The notes: generated by a model not told the origin, from the sequence alone. A stretch of DNA of 64,000 nt from Thermodesulfobacteriota bacterium (GCA_965202785.1 OZ241855.1:352001-416000); one strand, 5' to 3'. Shown: positions 1-9,400, numbered from the stretch's first letter. Made by a program: numbers and translations.

Positions 1-505
1 GGAAAGTGACGTGGATATTGCGAGAATGGAGCATCTCCGCGAGTTCGATCCCGATCAGGCCTCCCCCGACGATAACGGCACTTCGAGCTCCCTTTACGTT
101 CTCGTAAAGAAGCCTGAGATCCATAAGGCTGTAGAGCCCCTGTACTCCTCCGAGATCCTGGCCGGGCCACCCGAACTTGTTTGACTTGGACCCCGTGGCG
201 ATAAGCAGCTTATCGAACGAAACGGGATCCTTTTCGTGCATAATGAGCTTCTTCCCGCCGGCATCGATTTCTGTAACCCAGCCCCGCAGGAGATCAATGC
301 GGTTCTTTCTCCAGAGACTGTCCTCGTAGGGCTTGGTGTCCTTGTAGCTCATGTGGCCCATGAATATGTACATGAGCGCCGGGCGGGAATAGTGAAAAGA
401 GGACTCCCCCGAGATCATGACGATCTCCCAGTCGGGCTGGAGCCTGCGTATACTCAGGGCGGCCGCAACACCCGTTACCCCATTTCCGATGATAGCCACG
501 CGCAT
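1..505 (-). CDS. FAD-dependent pyridine nucleotide-disulfide oxidoreductase (NADH oxidase/rubredoxin reductase-like), 3' part runs off the window
   Basis: Not in the ORF track. Manual translation from ATG 505: MRVAIIGNGVTGVAAA...YSRPAL...FDKLLIATGS...AVIVGGGLIGIELAE (two Rossmann motifs). GGAGAG SD upstream. Confidence 0.85.
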   Translation of the reverse strand, partial: MRVAIIGNGVTGVAAALSIRRLQPDWEIVMISGESSFHYSRPALMYIFMGHMSYKDTKPYEDSLWRKNRIDLLRGWVTEIDAGGKKLIMHEKDPVSFDKLLIATGSKSNKFGWPGQDLGGVQGLYSLMDLRLLYENVKGARSAVIVGGGLIGIELAEMLHSRNIHVTF

Positions 506-560
506 GGCTGGTTCTCTCCTCTGCCAAAAACCGAGTTAAGCTCTACGCACAGGGCAGATG

Positions 561-1895
561 CTACTTTTCGAACCGCTCTCTCTGATCCGGATTGTTCTCG
601 AGAAAAGCTTGCAGATGCCTGTCCGAATAGGACCCCTTCGGGTAGTACTGGTCGTAGAAATCCACGTCTATGTGCATCGCCTGAAAAACTAATCTCATGT
701 ACATGGGATCGATAAACGCGGGAAATCTGCCGTAAGTGTCATAAATGTAGTTCGCGACATCCCTTACAATCTGTATGGTGGTCTCCGTCGGCCTCGGGGC
801 CTTCATGAGATGCCTGTCGGGTTCCGTATAAGGAAAAGGCTTGTCGGATTCCCACGCTTTCCACTTGTGGGCCAGGAAGTGATCGATCGCATCATCCATG
901 TTCTCGTAGTAAGGCGGGCAGTAGGCTTCAAAAACCCCGTCCTTTCCCACGGGAACGGTAGTGGGAGGATCGATCGTACCCTTTTTCGGCTGGATGAACC
1001 GGAATCCGAGCCCTTTGAACAGGTTCGGGGCGGCTCCCATGGCAAATCTCGGTATGAAGCCCGTAAACGCCCATCCGGCAAGTCCCAGAGGCTGGAGGGC
1101 AAGGGCCATGTTCTGCGTAATAAACGCCTGCTCAACGTTAAGTCCCGTTAGGATTCTTACCTCAAGGTCAAACAGAGAAAGCTTGATTTCACCCTTGAGT
1201 CTGCCACTCTCCACCCACTTCTCAACGCCCGCGGGCTTCCCGGTAAGATCGTCGATAATCGTGAATCCGTAGCTGTGAGCACAGTAAAGGGTAAGAAGAT
1301 TCAGGTACTCCTCGGTAACGTCGGTGACCGGAACGAAAAGCGTGGAGCCGGGCTTGTTTGCATTCCACTGGTTAAACTCGAAAAGCCCCGGCATCTTATC
1401 GGGCATGTCGGCCCTTCCGTCCTCAAGCTTGTTAAGGCTTTCCCTGTAAAGTTCCAGGACTCTTGCGATTTTTTCCTCGCGGGAGAGCTTGAAAAACAGA
1501 TCGATCTCATGCTCCTTGGGAAGCATGTTCTTCACGTCCACGTGGTAAAGACCGTTGTCGTTTGTGAAAAAAAGCTCGGTCCCGTGGTTGTTGCACGCAG
1601 AAGGCCAGGTTCTTCCCGTCCACTGGCAGAGAAGGTCTATCCCGTTCTCCGGCGGCAGGTCGGCTAGGCAAAGCCCGGTGAGCCCCGTTCCGGCCCACAC
1701 CAGAAGCGCTTCCTCCACCTCGGTAAGGGGTATGGGATCGTATTTCGACTTGAACTCAAGGGTGCTGTCCTTAAGCTCCATTCCAAGACCGAATCTTCTT
1801 GAGCGCCTGTTGAATATGGAATCGAAAAGCGGGTACTTAAGCGCTTCCTCAATTCTCTCGTTCAGAACCGTTTTGTCGAGTTTGCCGTTTTTCAT
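561..1895 (-). CDS. Uncharacterised nitroreductase-fold (SagB/ThcOx-like) FMN-binding protein
   Basis: Motifs FNRRSRRF and RTWPSACNNH.TELF resemble nitroreductase RRS.R and RT.PSA FMN-binding motifs. Start moved to ATG 1895 (AAGGAG SD). Confidence 0.6.
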   Translation of the reverse strand: MKNGKLDKTVLNERIEEALKYPLFDSIFNRRSRRFGLGMELKDSTLEFKSKYDPIPLTEVEEALLVWAGTGLTGLCLADLPPENGIDLLCQWTGRTWPSACNNHGTELFFTNDNGLYHVDVKNMLPKEHEIDLFFKLSREEKIARVLELYRESLNKLEDGRADMPDKMPGLFEFNQWNANKPGSTLFVPVTDVTEEYLNLLTLYCAHSYGFTIIDDLTGKPAGVEKWVESGRLKGEIKLSLFDLEVRILTGLNVEQAFITQNMALALQPLGLAGWAFTGFIPRFAMGAAPNLFKGLGFRFIQPKKGTIDPPTTVPVGKDGVFEAYCPPYYENMDDAIDHFLAHKWKAWESDKPFPYTEPDRHLMKAPRPTETTIQIVRDVANYIYDTYGRFPAFIDPMYMRLVFQAMHIDVDFYDQYYPKGSYSDRHLQAFLENNPDQRERFEK

Positions 1896-1934
1896 CGTTT
1901 GAATCTCCTTGAGTCTGGTTGAGTAATAAAGTGA

Positions 1935-1943
1935 AGTATACCA
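1935..1943 (-). promoter_or_regulatory. Extended -10 promoter for the nitroreductase-fold gene
   Basis: TGGTATACT on the minus strand about 40 nt upstream of ATG 1895. Confidence 0.4.
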
Positions 1944-1947
1944 AAAA

Positions 1948-2337
1948 TCAGGCGGTTTTTCCCCTCTTGAAATCCCTTGCCCATGATTTGAGGGTTTCAA
2001 GGGCGAGGCGACTGCACTTCGGGCGGGTTACCATGATGTCCTTGCCAAGAAGTCCCTTGAGGTAGTCGGAGTCGAGTTCTCTGAGCTGCTCCACGGTCTG
2101 TCCCTTTAGAAATTCCGTAAGAAGGGAAGCCGCGGCCTGGCTTATCGTGCAGCCTTCCCCGTCAAAACTTATATCTTCTATGACGTCCCCGGCGGCTGTG
2201 CGAATATAGATATTCAGCGTGTCTCCGCAATTCGGGTTGCCACCCCTAAGCGTCACCGTGGGGTCCTCAAGCGGGCCGAAATTCCTCGGATTTTCGTAGT
2301 GATCCATGATCATTTTCATTCTTTCTTCTTCAATCAT
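1948..2337 (-). CDS. sufU: SufU/IscU-like (NifU N-terminal) Fe-S scaffold/sulfur-transfer protein
   Basis: DHYENPRNFG, NPNCGD, GCTISQAAAS, RPKC (three conserved Cys). Confidence 0.88.
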   Translation of the reverse strand: MIEEERMKMIMDHYENPRNFGPLEDPTVTLRGGNPNCGDTLNIYIRTAAGDVIEDISFDGEGCTISQAAASLLTEFLKGQTVEQLRELDSDYLKGLLGKDIMVTRPKCSRLALETLKSWARDFKRGKTA

Positions 2338-2759
2338 GTGACCGCTCCGTGCCTTTTTACCTCGCTTTTTATCCTCGCGTAGACCGCGCTTAGACCCCTT
2401 ACCCTTCTTATACCAAGTTTTTGGGCCAGTCCGAGCTGGGAGATAAAGTCCACCGGCGCGGATTCGATCTCCTCAGGACTCAGGCCGTCAAAGGCGCTCA
2501 CAAGAATCGACACAAGCCCCCTTACCGTCGGAAACGGTTCCGGGACATCGGCGAATATGCGTACCTTGCCGCCTTCCATCTCGACCCAGATAAAGACCGG
2601 AGTTTCGCACTCATGCACTTGGTGAAGGTCTCTGTCCACGTGCTCGGCGAACCTACTTGGAATCTCGGGAAGGTCTTCCGAATAATCTATCAGGAGCTCT
2701 ATCATTTCCTGACGGTCTGCCCCTCGGAATTCACTGACTATTTCCTCTACGCTGGCCAT
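2334..2759 (-). CDS. sufE: SufE family sulfur acceptor
   Basis: LIDYSEDLP, VHECETPVF (acceptor Cys), PTVRGL, IRRVRGL; 4-nt overlap with sufU. Confidence 0.85.
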   Translation of the reverse strand: MASVEEIVSEFRGADRQEMIELLIDYSEDLPEIPSRFAEHVDRDLHQVHECETPVFIWVEMEGGKVRIFADVPEPFPTVRGLVSILVSAFDGLSPEEIESAPVDFISQLGLAQKLGIRRVRGLSAVYARIKSEVKRHGAVT

Positions 2760-2773
2760 TTCCCCTCAATTTC

Positions 2774-2810
2774 AAAAAAAAGGATGCGGACCCTCAAGAC
2801 CACATCCTTT
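2774..2810 (-). terminator. Intrinsic terminator between the rhodanese gene and sufE
   Basis: Minus strand AGGATGTGG-loop-CCGCATCCT followed by a T run. Confidence 0.7.
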
Positions 2811-2838
2811 CTCATTCACGCAAAAACGTTTCTCCTTA

Positions 2839-3681
2839 TTATTTTTCTATCGGAGCCCTTACGAGGTTCCCCCACTCGGTCCACGAACCGTCGTAATTCC
2901 TGACGTTCTCAAACCCGAGAAGATAAGTAAGAACAAACCAGGTGTGAGAAGAGCGCTCCCCTATCCTGCAGTAGGCAATCACGTCCTGATCCTTGCTTAG
3001 CCCCTGCCCCTTTTCGTATATCTCGACAAGCTCATCGGCCGAGCGAAAAGTTCCATCCTCATTTGCGGCCGTAGCCCAAGGGACGTTTACCGCACCCGGA
3101 ATATGTCCTCCGCGAAGGGCGCCTTCCTGAGGGTAAGCCTCCATGTGAAGAAGTTCTCCCGAATATTCCTTCGGGGAACGGACATCGACGAGCGGCTTGT
3201 CCGAGTTCATGTGTCCGAGAACATCGTCGCGAAAAGCCCTTATCGACTCATCAACCACCGACACCTTGTAATCGGTTTTCGGCCTTTCGGGAACCTCTTT
3301 TACAAGATCTCTTCCCTCGTCAACCCATTTCTGCCTGCCGCCATCCATTATAAGGCACTTTTCATGTCCAAGAACCTTGAAGGTCCAGAACGCGTAGCAG
3401 GCCCACCAGTTGCTCCTGTCCCCGTAGAAGACCACCATGTGGTCGTTTGAAATGCCTTTTTCCGAAAGCAGCACCTCGAAATCCTCCTTGCTCACGTAGT
3501 CCCTTATGAGCTGATCCTGAAGCTCGGTCTGCCAGTCGAATTTTACTGAATTTCTTATGTGTCCTATCTCGTAAAGCAGTATGTCCTCATCCGATTCCAC
3601 TATAACGATATCGGGGTCGTTTATATGCTCCTCTACCCAGTCCGTGCTCACCAGAACGTCCGGGTTCGCGTAATCCGCCAT
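2839..3681 (-). CDS. sseA: Two-domain thiosulfate sulfurtransferase (rhodanese, SseA/CysA type)
   Basis: LVSTDWV, GHIPGA, active loop [16 protein letters not shown]; likely start MADYANPD. Confidence 0.92.
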   Translation of the reverse strand: MADYANPDVLVSTDWVEEHINDPDIVIVESDEDILLYEIGHIRNSVKFDWQTELQDQLIRDYVSKEDFEVLLSEKGISNDHMVVFYGDRSNWWACYAFWTFKVLGHEKCLIMDGGRQKWVDEGRDLVKEVPERPKTDYKVSVVDESIRAFRDDVLGHMNSDKPLVDVRSPKEYSGELLHMEAYPQEGALRGGHIPGAVNVPWATAANEDGTFRSADELVEIYEKGQGLSKDQDVIAYCRIGERSSHTWFVLTYLLGFENVRNYDGSWTEWGNLVRAPIEK

Positions 3682-3809
3682 GTGTAAAACCTCCATTCGG
3701 CCACGTAGTTCCGCAACCTTTTACGATATCAAGGAATTATAAATACAGGGAACCGGGTTTTCAAGAAAGCGGCCAAGGACGACGATGGTTCTGCGGAAAA
3801 CCTGATTTT

Positions 3810-6683
3810 TCAGAGGGCCGGTTTCTCCGAAGAGCGTCTTTTAATCAAGACGGCCGCAAGAAGCGCGAACACAGCGAGAAACAGGCTGAACGCACTGCCG
3901 CCCGCATCTCCTCTGACGGCGCAGCCTCCGCCGCCGCTTCCACCCCGCTCCACACGGTAGCCGGAACCCACTATGTATACGCGGTCTCCATCATCCGAAG
4001 CAATCTCCACCCTCGCGGAGTAACCCCTTATGAGAGAATCGTCCTCTGTATACTGGACGACCTCTTCTCCGGCCCTCCCTATAATAAGATTCCTTACGTG
4101 TGCCTTTCCGTATTCGCTTGCCTGCTCCCTGCTCCTGTCCCCTCCGTGGAATATCACTCTTCCCGTCTCATCCATGATGTAGATGTAGACGTCCCCCTCT
4201 CTCCACGGCTCCATCCTCAGTATCCCGCGAAGCTGCGCGGGATCCGCATCATCCTCGATGGCCTGCCCGATGGATGTTTCCGCGTCCCCGACAAAGTCAA
4301 TTAATTCACTGTCGGTGTTCACATCCCCGGCTTCGGGAGTGGGATCTCCGATATCCGGGTTCCCGGGGAAATCACTGCTCTCGGGAGACCCGTCGTAACC
4401 TCCGAGCAGTATGAACTCTTCCTCTCCATTTGTAAGGGGAACATGGGAGGCGGTAAACCGGTGAGCGTAACCTCCTCCATCTATCAGGCATCCCCGATCA
4501 CTGCCGAGATCAATAACGGGTTCTTCATCGTCGCAGAGAATCCCAGACCAGTTGAGGTCTTCTTTTGTCCTGTCTTCCGCGTGGAAGTACACCCCGCCTT
4601 GTCCGGTGAGAAGAACGAGGTATGTTCTGCCGTCTCTCCAGCTTCCATTTTCGTTCCTGAACTCCTCAAGGAGCGCCAGGGTATCGCCGAAGCTCTCCTT
4701 GCCGGCGATTTCCTCCGCGGCGCACTCAACAAAATTACCGATGGGGCCGGAAACAGAACATATTTCTTCTCCCGGTTCTTCTTCCGGTTCCTGCTGCGCC
4801 GGAGGCAAACCGCCTCCACCACCGCCACCGCCGCCTCCGCCTCCAGTCGGTCCGGTCGGCGCGTCGTTACGTGGCGGGTCGTTACGTGACCCGTCATCGT
4901 CGGTCACATTCACAGTCACCACGGCCTGTAACCCGGAGTAGTAGGGGTCATTCGAGGCGGCCGTCATCCTGATGGTCGCCACGCGTTGGCCTTCATTGTT
5001 GATGTTGTCGTTCTTCCCCGTCACCGTCACCTGCTGCTCCATGTTCCAGTTGCCGGTCGTGAACGTAAGCGAGGTCGGACTGATCGTCTCGATAGCCTGG
5101 TCGGGATCGGAGGATGTGAGCGTAACCCTTACGTCGGCGGTCGGCTCCCTGTTAAGCTTCACACGGAAGGTCCCCATGCCGCCGGCCTCCCCCACCGTCA
5201 GAGTCGAGGAGCTAACCGTGATCTTCGGAGTCGCCCCCTCAGTCCGGAACGTCTGGCTCGTCAGCTCCACCGAGCATCCGCTGTCCGCGTACGCCGTCAA
5301 GGAGTAATCCGTTCCGGGGGTCAGGCCGGTGAAACTGACGGCGCTGTCATTATCCTCCTCGCAGGAACCCGACAACGGCCCCGTGTAGTACCAGGGCCTG
5401 TGGAAGAAATTGCTGAGCTGCACTGTAGCCCCGTTTTCAGAGATACTCATGACAGTCAGGGCGGGCGGGTTGGCGTCCTCCGTGGTGAACGTCACGCTCG
5501 CAAGCTCAACGCTCGGAATCTCACCATCCGTGCATAGACCCTTATAGGCCGTCCAGGTATAACTCGTGTTGCGTTTCAGTCCCGTTAGGGGTATGGGCTC
5601 CGAAACGGGGCCGGCCGAGGTGCAGGGGCCCGTGGCCGGCGAGGTCTGCCGGTACCTCCAGTAATAGTCACCGACGTAGGGTAACGTCATAAACGCCCCT
5701 GACGACCATTTCCGATCCACCGTCAGGGCGGGTCCGATCAGACTGGTATCTTCGGCGGAAGAATCCGGAACTTCGTTGCCGTCTCGGTCAATCGCCTCCA
5801 CACGCACCGTGTAATAGGTGAGCCACAACATCGGGTTTCCACTACCGTCCTCCTGGGTGATGGTGTAGGAATTGCCCTTGATCCCTGAAACAAACCAATA
5901 TCCGGGATCAGGCTGCCCAGGCCGCTCCCAACGCACGTTGTAACTGGCGGCGCCCGGAACCGTGCCCCAATCGACCCGAAGGCCGCCGCTTACAGGTGTC
6001 AAGTCCATACCCGGGGCCCTACGGCCGTTGACGCGGATCGTGAGCGGGGGCGGGGATCCATCTCCGATGCTCCATCCTGCCTCCGCGCCCGCGTCTTCGC
6101 CGTTGTTCGAGGCCCGTCTCCACCTCAGGCCGGCGTGGCGGTCGGTCGTGAGTCTCAGGTTGTAGGCGGTGCCGGGCTTGAGATAGGTGCCGGCCGGCGC
6201 CGCGAAGGCCACCGTCTGAGTGGACGAGAAGGCGCCCCCCGGCGTGGCCGGGAGCGCCAGGTCGGCGACCTTCGTACTCCCTTCGCGAAGCTCCGCCCTG
6301 ATCGCGCCGAAATGCTGAGTCGATACCTGGAACGCCCGGATCTCGACATCCTCCAAGATGTAACCCCCTGGCCAGCTTCCGGTCGTGAAAGACTGGGTTC
6401 CAGAGGTATTTAAGTTCAAGGTCAGGTTGTTTATTCCGTGCTGGCGGCCGAAGTTGCTCACCAGCACGTCGGCGCTGGCAATGTCCGGAGCGGCACCGAG
6501 AGCGGCCGTCGCGAGGATGAGGACGGCCAGGGCGCGGACATGCCGCCTGGCGGAATTATGGAAGCGGGACGGCCGAGACGGAGGGTTCAGGCAGTCATTC
6601 GGTTCCGCAGGTGCCGACCCTTGTCGGGGCAGGAATTTCCTTAACCCGGCCGCGAGAAAGGAGAACAGCCCGCAAACCCTCAT
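3810..6683 (-). CDS. Large secreted surface protein: LVSN/QSFTTG N-domain, FN3-like repeats, Calx-beta-like domain, poly-Gly linker, two Cache-like modules, GC-CTERM anchor
   Basis: Signal peptide ending ASA. TGLKRNTSYTWTAY and TGLTPGTDYSLTAY; LTFTTGNWNMEQQVTVTG; WREGDVYIYIMDETGRVIFHG; tail GGGGCAV..SAFSLFL..KRR. Confidence 0.75.
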   Translation of the reverse strand: MRVCGLFSFLAAGLRKFLPRQGSAPAEPNDCLNPPSRPSRFHNSARRHVRALAVLILATAALGAAPDIASADVLVSNFGRQHGINNLTLNLNTSGTQSFTTGSWPGGYILEDVEIRAFQVSTQHFGAIRAELREGSTKVADLALPATPGGAFSSTQTVAFAAPAGTYLKPGTAYNLRLTTDRHAGLRWRRASNNGEDAGAEAGWSIGDGSPPPLTIRVNGRRAPGMDLTPVSGGLRVDWGTVPGAASYNVRWERPGQPDPGYWFVSGIKGNSYTITQEDGSGNPMLWLTYYTVRVEAIDRDGNEVPDSSAEDTSLIGPALTVDRKWSSGAFMTLPYVGDYYWRYRQTSPATGPCTSAGPVSEPIPLTGLKRNTSYTWTAYKGLCTDGEIPSVELASVTFTTEDANPPALTVMSISENGATVQLSNFFHRPWYYTGPLSGSCEEDNDSAVSFTGLTPGTDYSLTAYADSGCSVELTSQTFRTEGATPKITVSSSTLTVGEAGGMGTFRVKLNREPTADVRVTLTSSDPDQAIETISPTSLTFTTGNWNMEQQVTVTGKNDNINNEGQRVATIRMTAASNDPYYSGLQAVVTVNVTDDDGSRNDPPRNDAPTGPTGGGGGGGGGGGGLPPAQQEPEEEPGEEICSVSGPIGNFVECAAEEIAGKESFGDTLALLEEFRNENGSWRDGRTYLVLLTGQGGVYFHAEDRTKEDLNWSGILCDDEEPVIDLGSDRGCLIDGGGYAHRFTASHVPLTNGEEEFILLGGYDGSPESSDFPGNPDIGDPTPEAGDVNTDSELIDFVGDAETSIGQAIEDDADPAQLRGILRMEPWREGDVYIYIMDETGRVIFHGGDRSREQASEYGKAHVRNLIIGRAGEEVVQYTEDDSLIRGYSARVEIASDDGDRVYIVGSGYRVERGGSGGGGCAVRGDAGGSAFSLFLAVFALLAAVLIKRRSSEKPAL
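4811..4846 (-). repeat. GGN trinucleotide tract encoding a poly-Gly linker
   Basis: ccgcctccaccaccgccaccgccgcctccgcctcc on the + strand. Confidence 0.8.
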
Positions 6684-6684
6684 A

Positions 6685-6695
6685 CCCCCCCCCCC
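6685..6695 (-). repeat. G11 homopolymer in the 5' end of the surface-protein gene
   Basis: 11 consecutive C on the + strand, between ATG 6708 and ATG 6683. Confidence 0.9.
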
Positions 6696-6786
6696 ATTTT
6701 TTACTCATGAAGGGATCTTTACGGTTCACGGCTTCGGGCCTCCTTTTTTCAGATGATTAAGTATAGCACCAGATAGTTAGTACTAT

Positions 6787-6816
6787 ATTATCATAAATCG
6801 GACCGGTCGTTGTCAA
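6787..6816 (-). promoter_or_regulatory. Sigma70-like promoter of the surface-protein gene
   Basis: Minus strand TTGACA-18-GATAAT; AAGGAGG SD at 6745-6739, before GTG 6729. Confidence 0.5.
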
Positions 6817-7095
6817 TAAGATTTTGGGGCTCAGGTTTCCGTAACGATGGCGGACGCGGTGCGTCATCAGCCCGTATCCCGGCAAACCGATGGGAATTCG
6901 GCCCAATTCAGACAGAATGCGTCTCCGATTTCCCGCAATCCGGGTTCGGGGTGGAATTTTCGGTTTCCGGCGTGAATCAGCTGGCTTTTCCGGAAATCCG
7001 GGGGGGAATTTTTCTATCAGCTGCGAAAACCCTTGACCGTATAGGCACTCCCAACATCGCAAATGGCTCCAGAGACCGCCGACCCCGTAGGAAAC

Positions 7096-7124
7096 TTGAT
7101 TTTCGGGGATGGTTGCGTGATAAT
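7096..7124 (+). promoter_or_regulatory. Sigma70-like promoter
   Basis: TTGATT-17-GATAAT upstream of ATG 7158. Confidence 0.5.
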
Positions 7125-7157
7125 TTCTTCGTACGCACAGTCTCAGGAAACCTTAAA

Positions 7158-7367
7158 ATGGCGGAAACAGAGGAACAGAAAACAGAAGAAATGGCGGAGC
7201 AGGAAACCGAGGCGCCGGATGAGAACGAATCGCCCCCAATAATCTGGTCCCAGAAGAGAGTTCCGAACATAGAAAAGGGATATAACCCAAGCGTGCCTTT
7301 TTACATGATGGGAATCTTCGTCGCGCTCATAATCCTGAGCGTGATTTTTGCCAAGATCACGTCCTGA
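7158..7367 (+). CDS. Small acidic protein with a single C-terminal TM helix
   Basis: MAETEEQKTEE...FYMMGIFVALIILSVIFAK; AGGA SD; promoter upstream. Confidence 0.65.
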   Translation: MAETEEQKTEEMAEQETEAPDENESPPIIWSQKRVPNIEKGYNPSVPFYMMGIFVALIILSVIFAKITS

Positions 7368-7396
7368 GCGCGCAATCTCGCCCCCCGCCCGGAGAC

Positions 7397-7891
7397 ATGG
7401 ACAGGAAAAACCGCGCCCCATCCGTCGCAAAGAACCAGAGTGCCCTGAAAATAGTCTGGTTTGCCCTGCTGCTTGCCATGTTCGCCTACACCGCGGTGGT
7501 TTTCGTTTTCAAATCTCCCGAGGCGCCGGACGTCAGAGAAAACGTAAAGGCAGCATTTCTTCTGGGAGGAGCGGCGCTCGGAGTGATTTCCCTTCTTATA
7601 TACAGGTTTACCCTTTCTGAGAAATCGCTTCGCAAGAAATTTCTTTCAACGCAGGGACAGGAACCGGAAAAAAGGCTTGAGGAACTCTCAAACCGTCTAC
7701 TGCTCCCGCACGTGGTTCCCTGGGGAATAAACGAGACCGTCGTGCTGCTTGGATTCGTGCTCGCGTTTTTAAGCAAAAATCCCCAGGATATAATTCCTTT
7801 CTCGGTAATAGGAATCATCCTGCATATCTACATGTATCCTAGAGTGGAGCAGCTTGTCGAGAGGACAAAAGATTCGGTTCAAGACGCGTGA
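7397..7891 (+). CDS. Hypothetical 4-TM membrane protein
   Basis: GGAG SD; four hydrophobic segments. Confidence 0.7.
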   Translation: MDRKNRAPSVAKNQSALKIVWFALLLAMFAYTAVVFVFKSPEAPDVRENVKAAFLLGGAALGVISLLIYRFTLSEKSLRKKFLSTQGQEPEKRLEELSNRLLLPHVVPWGINETVVLLGFVLAFLSKNPQDIIPFSVIGIILHIYMYPRVEQLVERTKDSVQDA

Positions 7892-8500
7892 TCACTCAAA
7901 AAAGCGCCTTATCTCCACTTGGGTCTCCTCGGGGGAACCGGAAGCTTCTATTACCTTGATCCTTGGGATCCCTTTTTCAATCAGTTGTCTGTAACCCTCA
8001 TCCACTCGGCTATGGAACTCAAACGGTTCCTCGTCCATCTTGTTTCTCTCTTTACCGCGGTTCTTGAGCCTCAAAAGCGCCTGCTCAACCGGTATCGAAA
8101 GAAAAAACGTGACGTCGGGCTCAACACCGAGGCTTGATGCCACGGCCATGCGGAAAACCAAGTCAGGGTCAAGATCCCTTCCCGAACCTTGGTAAGCAAG
8201 GGTCGAATCGTAGTACCTGTCGCAGATGACCGTGTAACCGTCTTTTAGTTTCGGCAGTATGAGCTCCCTTACGTGCTGGGCCCTGTCTGCGCAGAAAAGA
8301 CAAAGTTCGGCGTAGGGCTGAATATCGACATCCCTCCGGTCGAGAATCTCCTTTCTTATCGCCTCGCCGAGTTTGCCCTCGCCCGGTTCCTTGGTAAAAA
8401 ACACCTTGGTTCCCTTGCTGGAGAGGTAATCGGCCAGAAGCCTCGCCTGGGTCGATTTGCCGCTTCCGTCTATTCCCTCGAATGTGATAAATCTGCTCAC
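7892..8500 (-). CDS. tmk: Thymidylate kinase
   Basis: FITFEGIDGSGKST, DRAQH, CDRYYDST.AYQG. Confidence 0.96.
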   Translation of the reverse strand: MSRFITFEGIDGSGKSTQARLLADYLSSKGTKVFFTKEPGEGKLGEAIRKEILDRRDVDIQPYAELCLFCADRAQHVRELILPKLKDGYTVICDRYYDSTLAYQGSGRDLDPDLVFRMAVASSLGVEPDVTFFLSIPVEQALLRLKNRGKERNKMDEEPFEFHSRVDEGYRQLIEKGIPRIKVIEASGSPEETQVEIRRFFE

Positions 8501-9252
8501 GCTGCGCCTCCCGGGGTTTTGTCCTGATCTCGCAACAAAAGTCCCGTCATCTTCCTGAGGTTCCTGATTTCCCCAGGGTTCAGGTCACGCCACTCCCCCT
8601 TGCCAAGCTCGCCGAGACGCACGTTACCACATGAAATCCTCTTAAGCCTAGCAACTCGAAGGCCGAAGGCCTCAAAGTATTTCTTCACGAGGTGTTTTCT
8701 TCCCTCGTGAAATGAAATGCTTGCCCGCGCACGCCCTGCGGACACTTGAAGGACCCTCACTGAATCCGGCTTCGTAAACCGGTTCTCAATTTCCGTTCCT
8801 CCGCCAAGCACCGCTTCGAGATCACCTGGCACTTCTCCCGAAACCTCGGCCAGATAAGTCTTTACCACCTTATATCTGGGGTGATGTATTCTGTTTGCAA
8901 GTTCCCCGTCGTTTGTGAGAATCAGAAGTCCCTCAGAGTCGTAGTCAAGCCTTCCAACGGGATAAACCCTCTGTTCTATGTCTCCCAGAAAGGACGTTAT
9001 CGTTTTCTTTCCTCCTTCCATGGACTTCAGAGAAGTGAGGTAAAAGGGAGGCTTGTTAAGCATCACGTATCTTTTCCTTTCCTTGCGCACGGGTTTTCCG
9101 TCAAGCGCCACCGTGTCGGCAGTCTCGTCCACAACGGAACCGAGAGTACGGACAATCTCCCCGTTTACGGTTATCCGTCCCGCCTTTATAAGGTTATCCG
9201 CTTTTCTTCTTGATGTTATTCCGCACTCGGAAAGAAATCTGTTAAGCCTCAT
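8497..9252 (-). CDS. rluB: rRNA pseudouridine synthase (RsuA/RluB family, S4 domain)
   Basis: MRLNRFL..SRRKAD, LNKP, YPVGRLDYDSEGL. Confidence 0.88.
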   Translation of the reverse strand: MRLNRFLSECGITSRRKADNLIKAGRITVNGEIVRTLGSVVDETADTVALDGKPVRKERKRYVMLNKPPFYLTSLKSMEGGKKTITSFLGDIEQRVYPVGRLDYDSEGLLILTNDGELANRIHHPRYKVVKTYLAEVSGEVPGDLEAVLGGGTEIENRFTKPDSVRVLQVSAGRARASISFHEGRKHLVKKYFEAFGLRVARLKRISCGNVRLGELGKGEWRDLNPGEIRNLRKMTGLLLRDQDKTPGGAA

Positions 9253-9400
9253 ATGAAATGCCGAGATTTCGTTCTCAACCGTTTGCCCTGTCAAAACCCA
9301 TTTACAATCATGGAACGCAACTCCAGATTTGTAAAGCTTTTTGCCGCTCTCAGTTCAGCAGCAAGCCTGAAAACCGGCGAGTCGGACCATTTGCTGCGTT

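Noticed and set aside
236-715. 159-aa + strand ORF and the many similar antisense ORFs (e.g. 33935-34882, 37601-38392, 14346-15128, 52894-53661)
   Set aside because: Shadows of well-supported genes on the opposite strand; no motifs.
561-1895. RiPP (TOMM) biosynthetic cluster
   Set aside because: No YcaO, RRE or Cys/Ser/Thr-rich precursor nearby.
6810-7157. N-terminal extension of the 185-aa ORF, or an ncRNA
   Set aside because: Promoter and SD support a start at 7158; the upstream translation looks non-coding and matches no RNA family I recognise.
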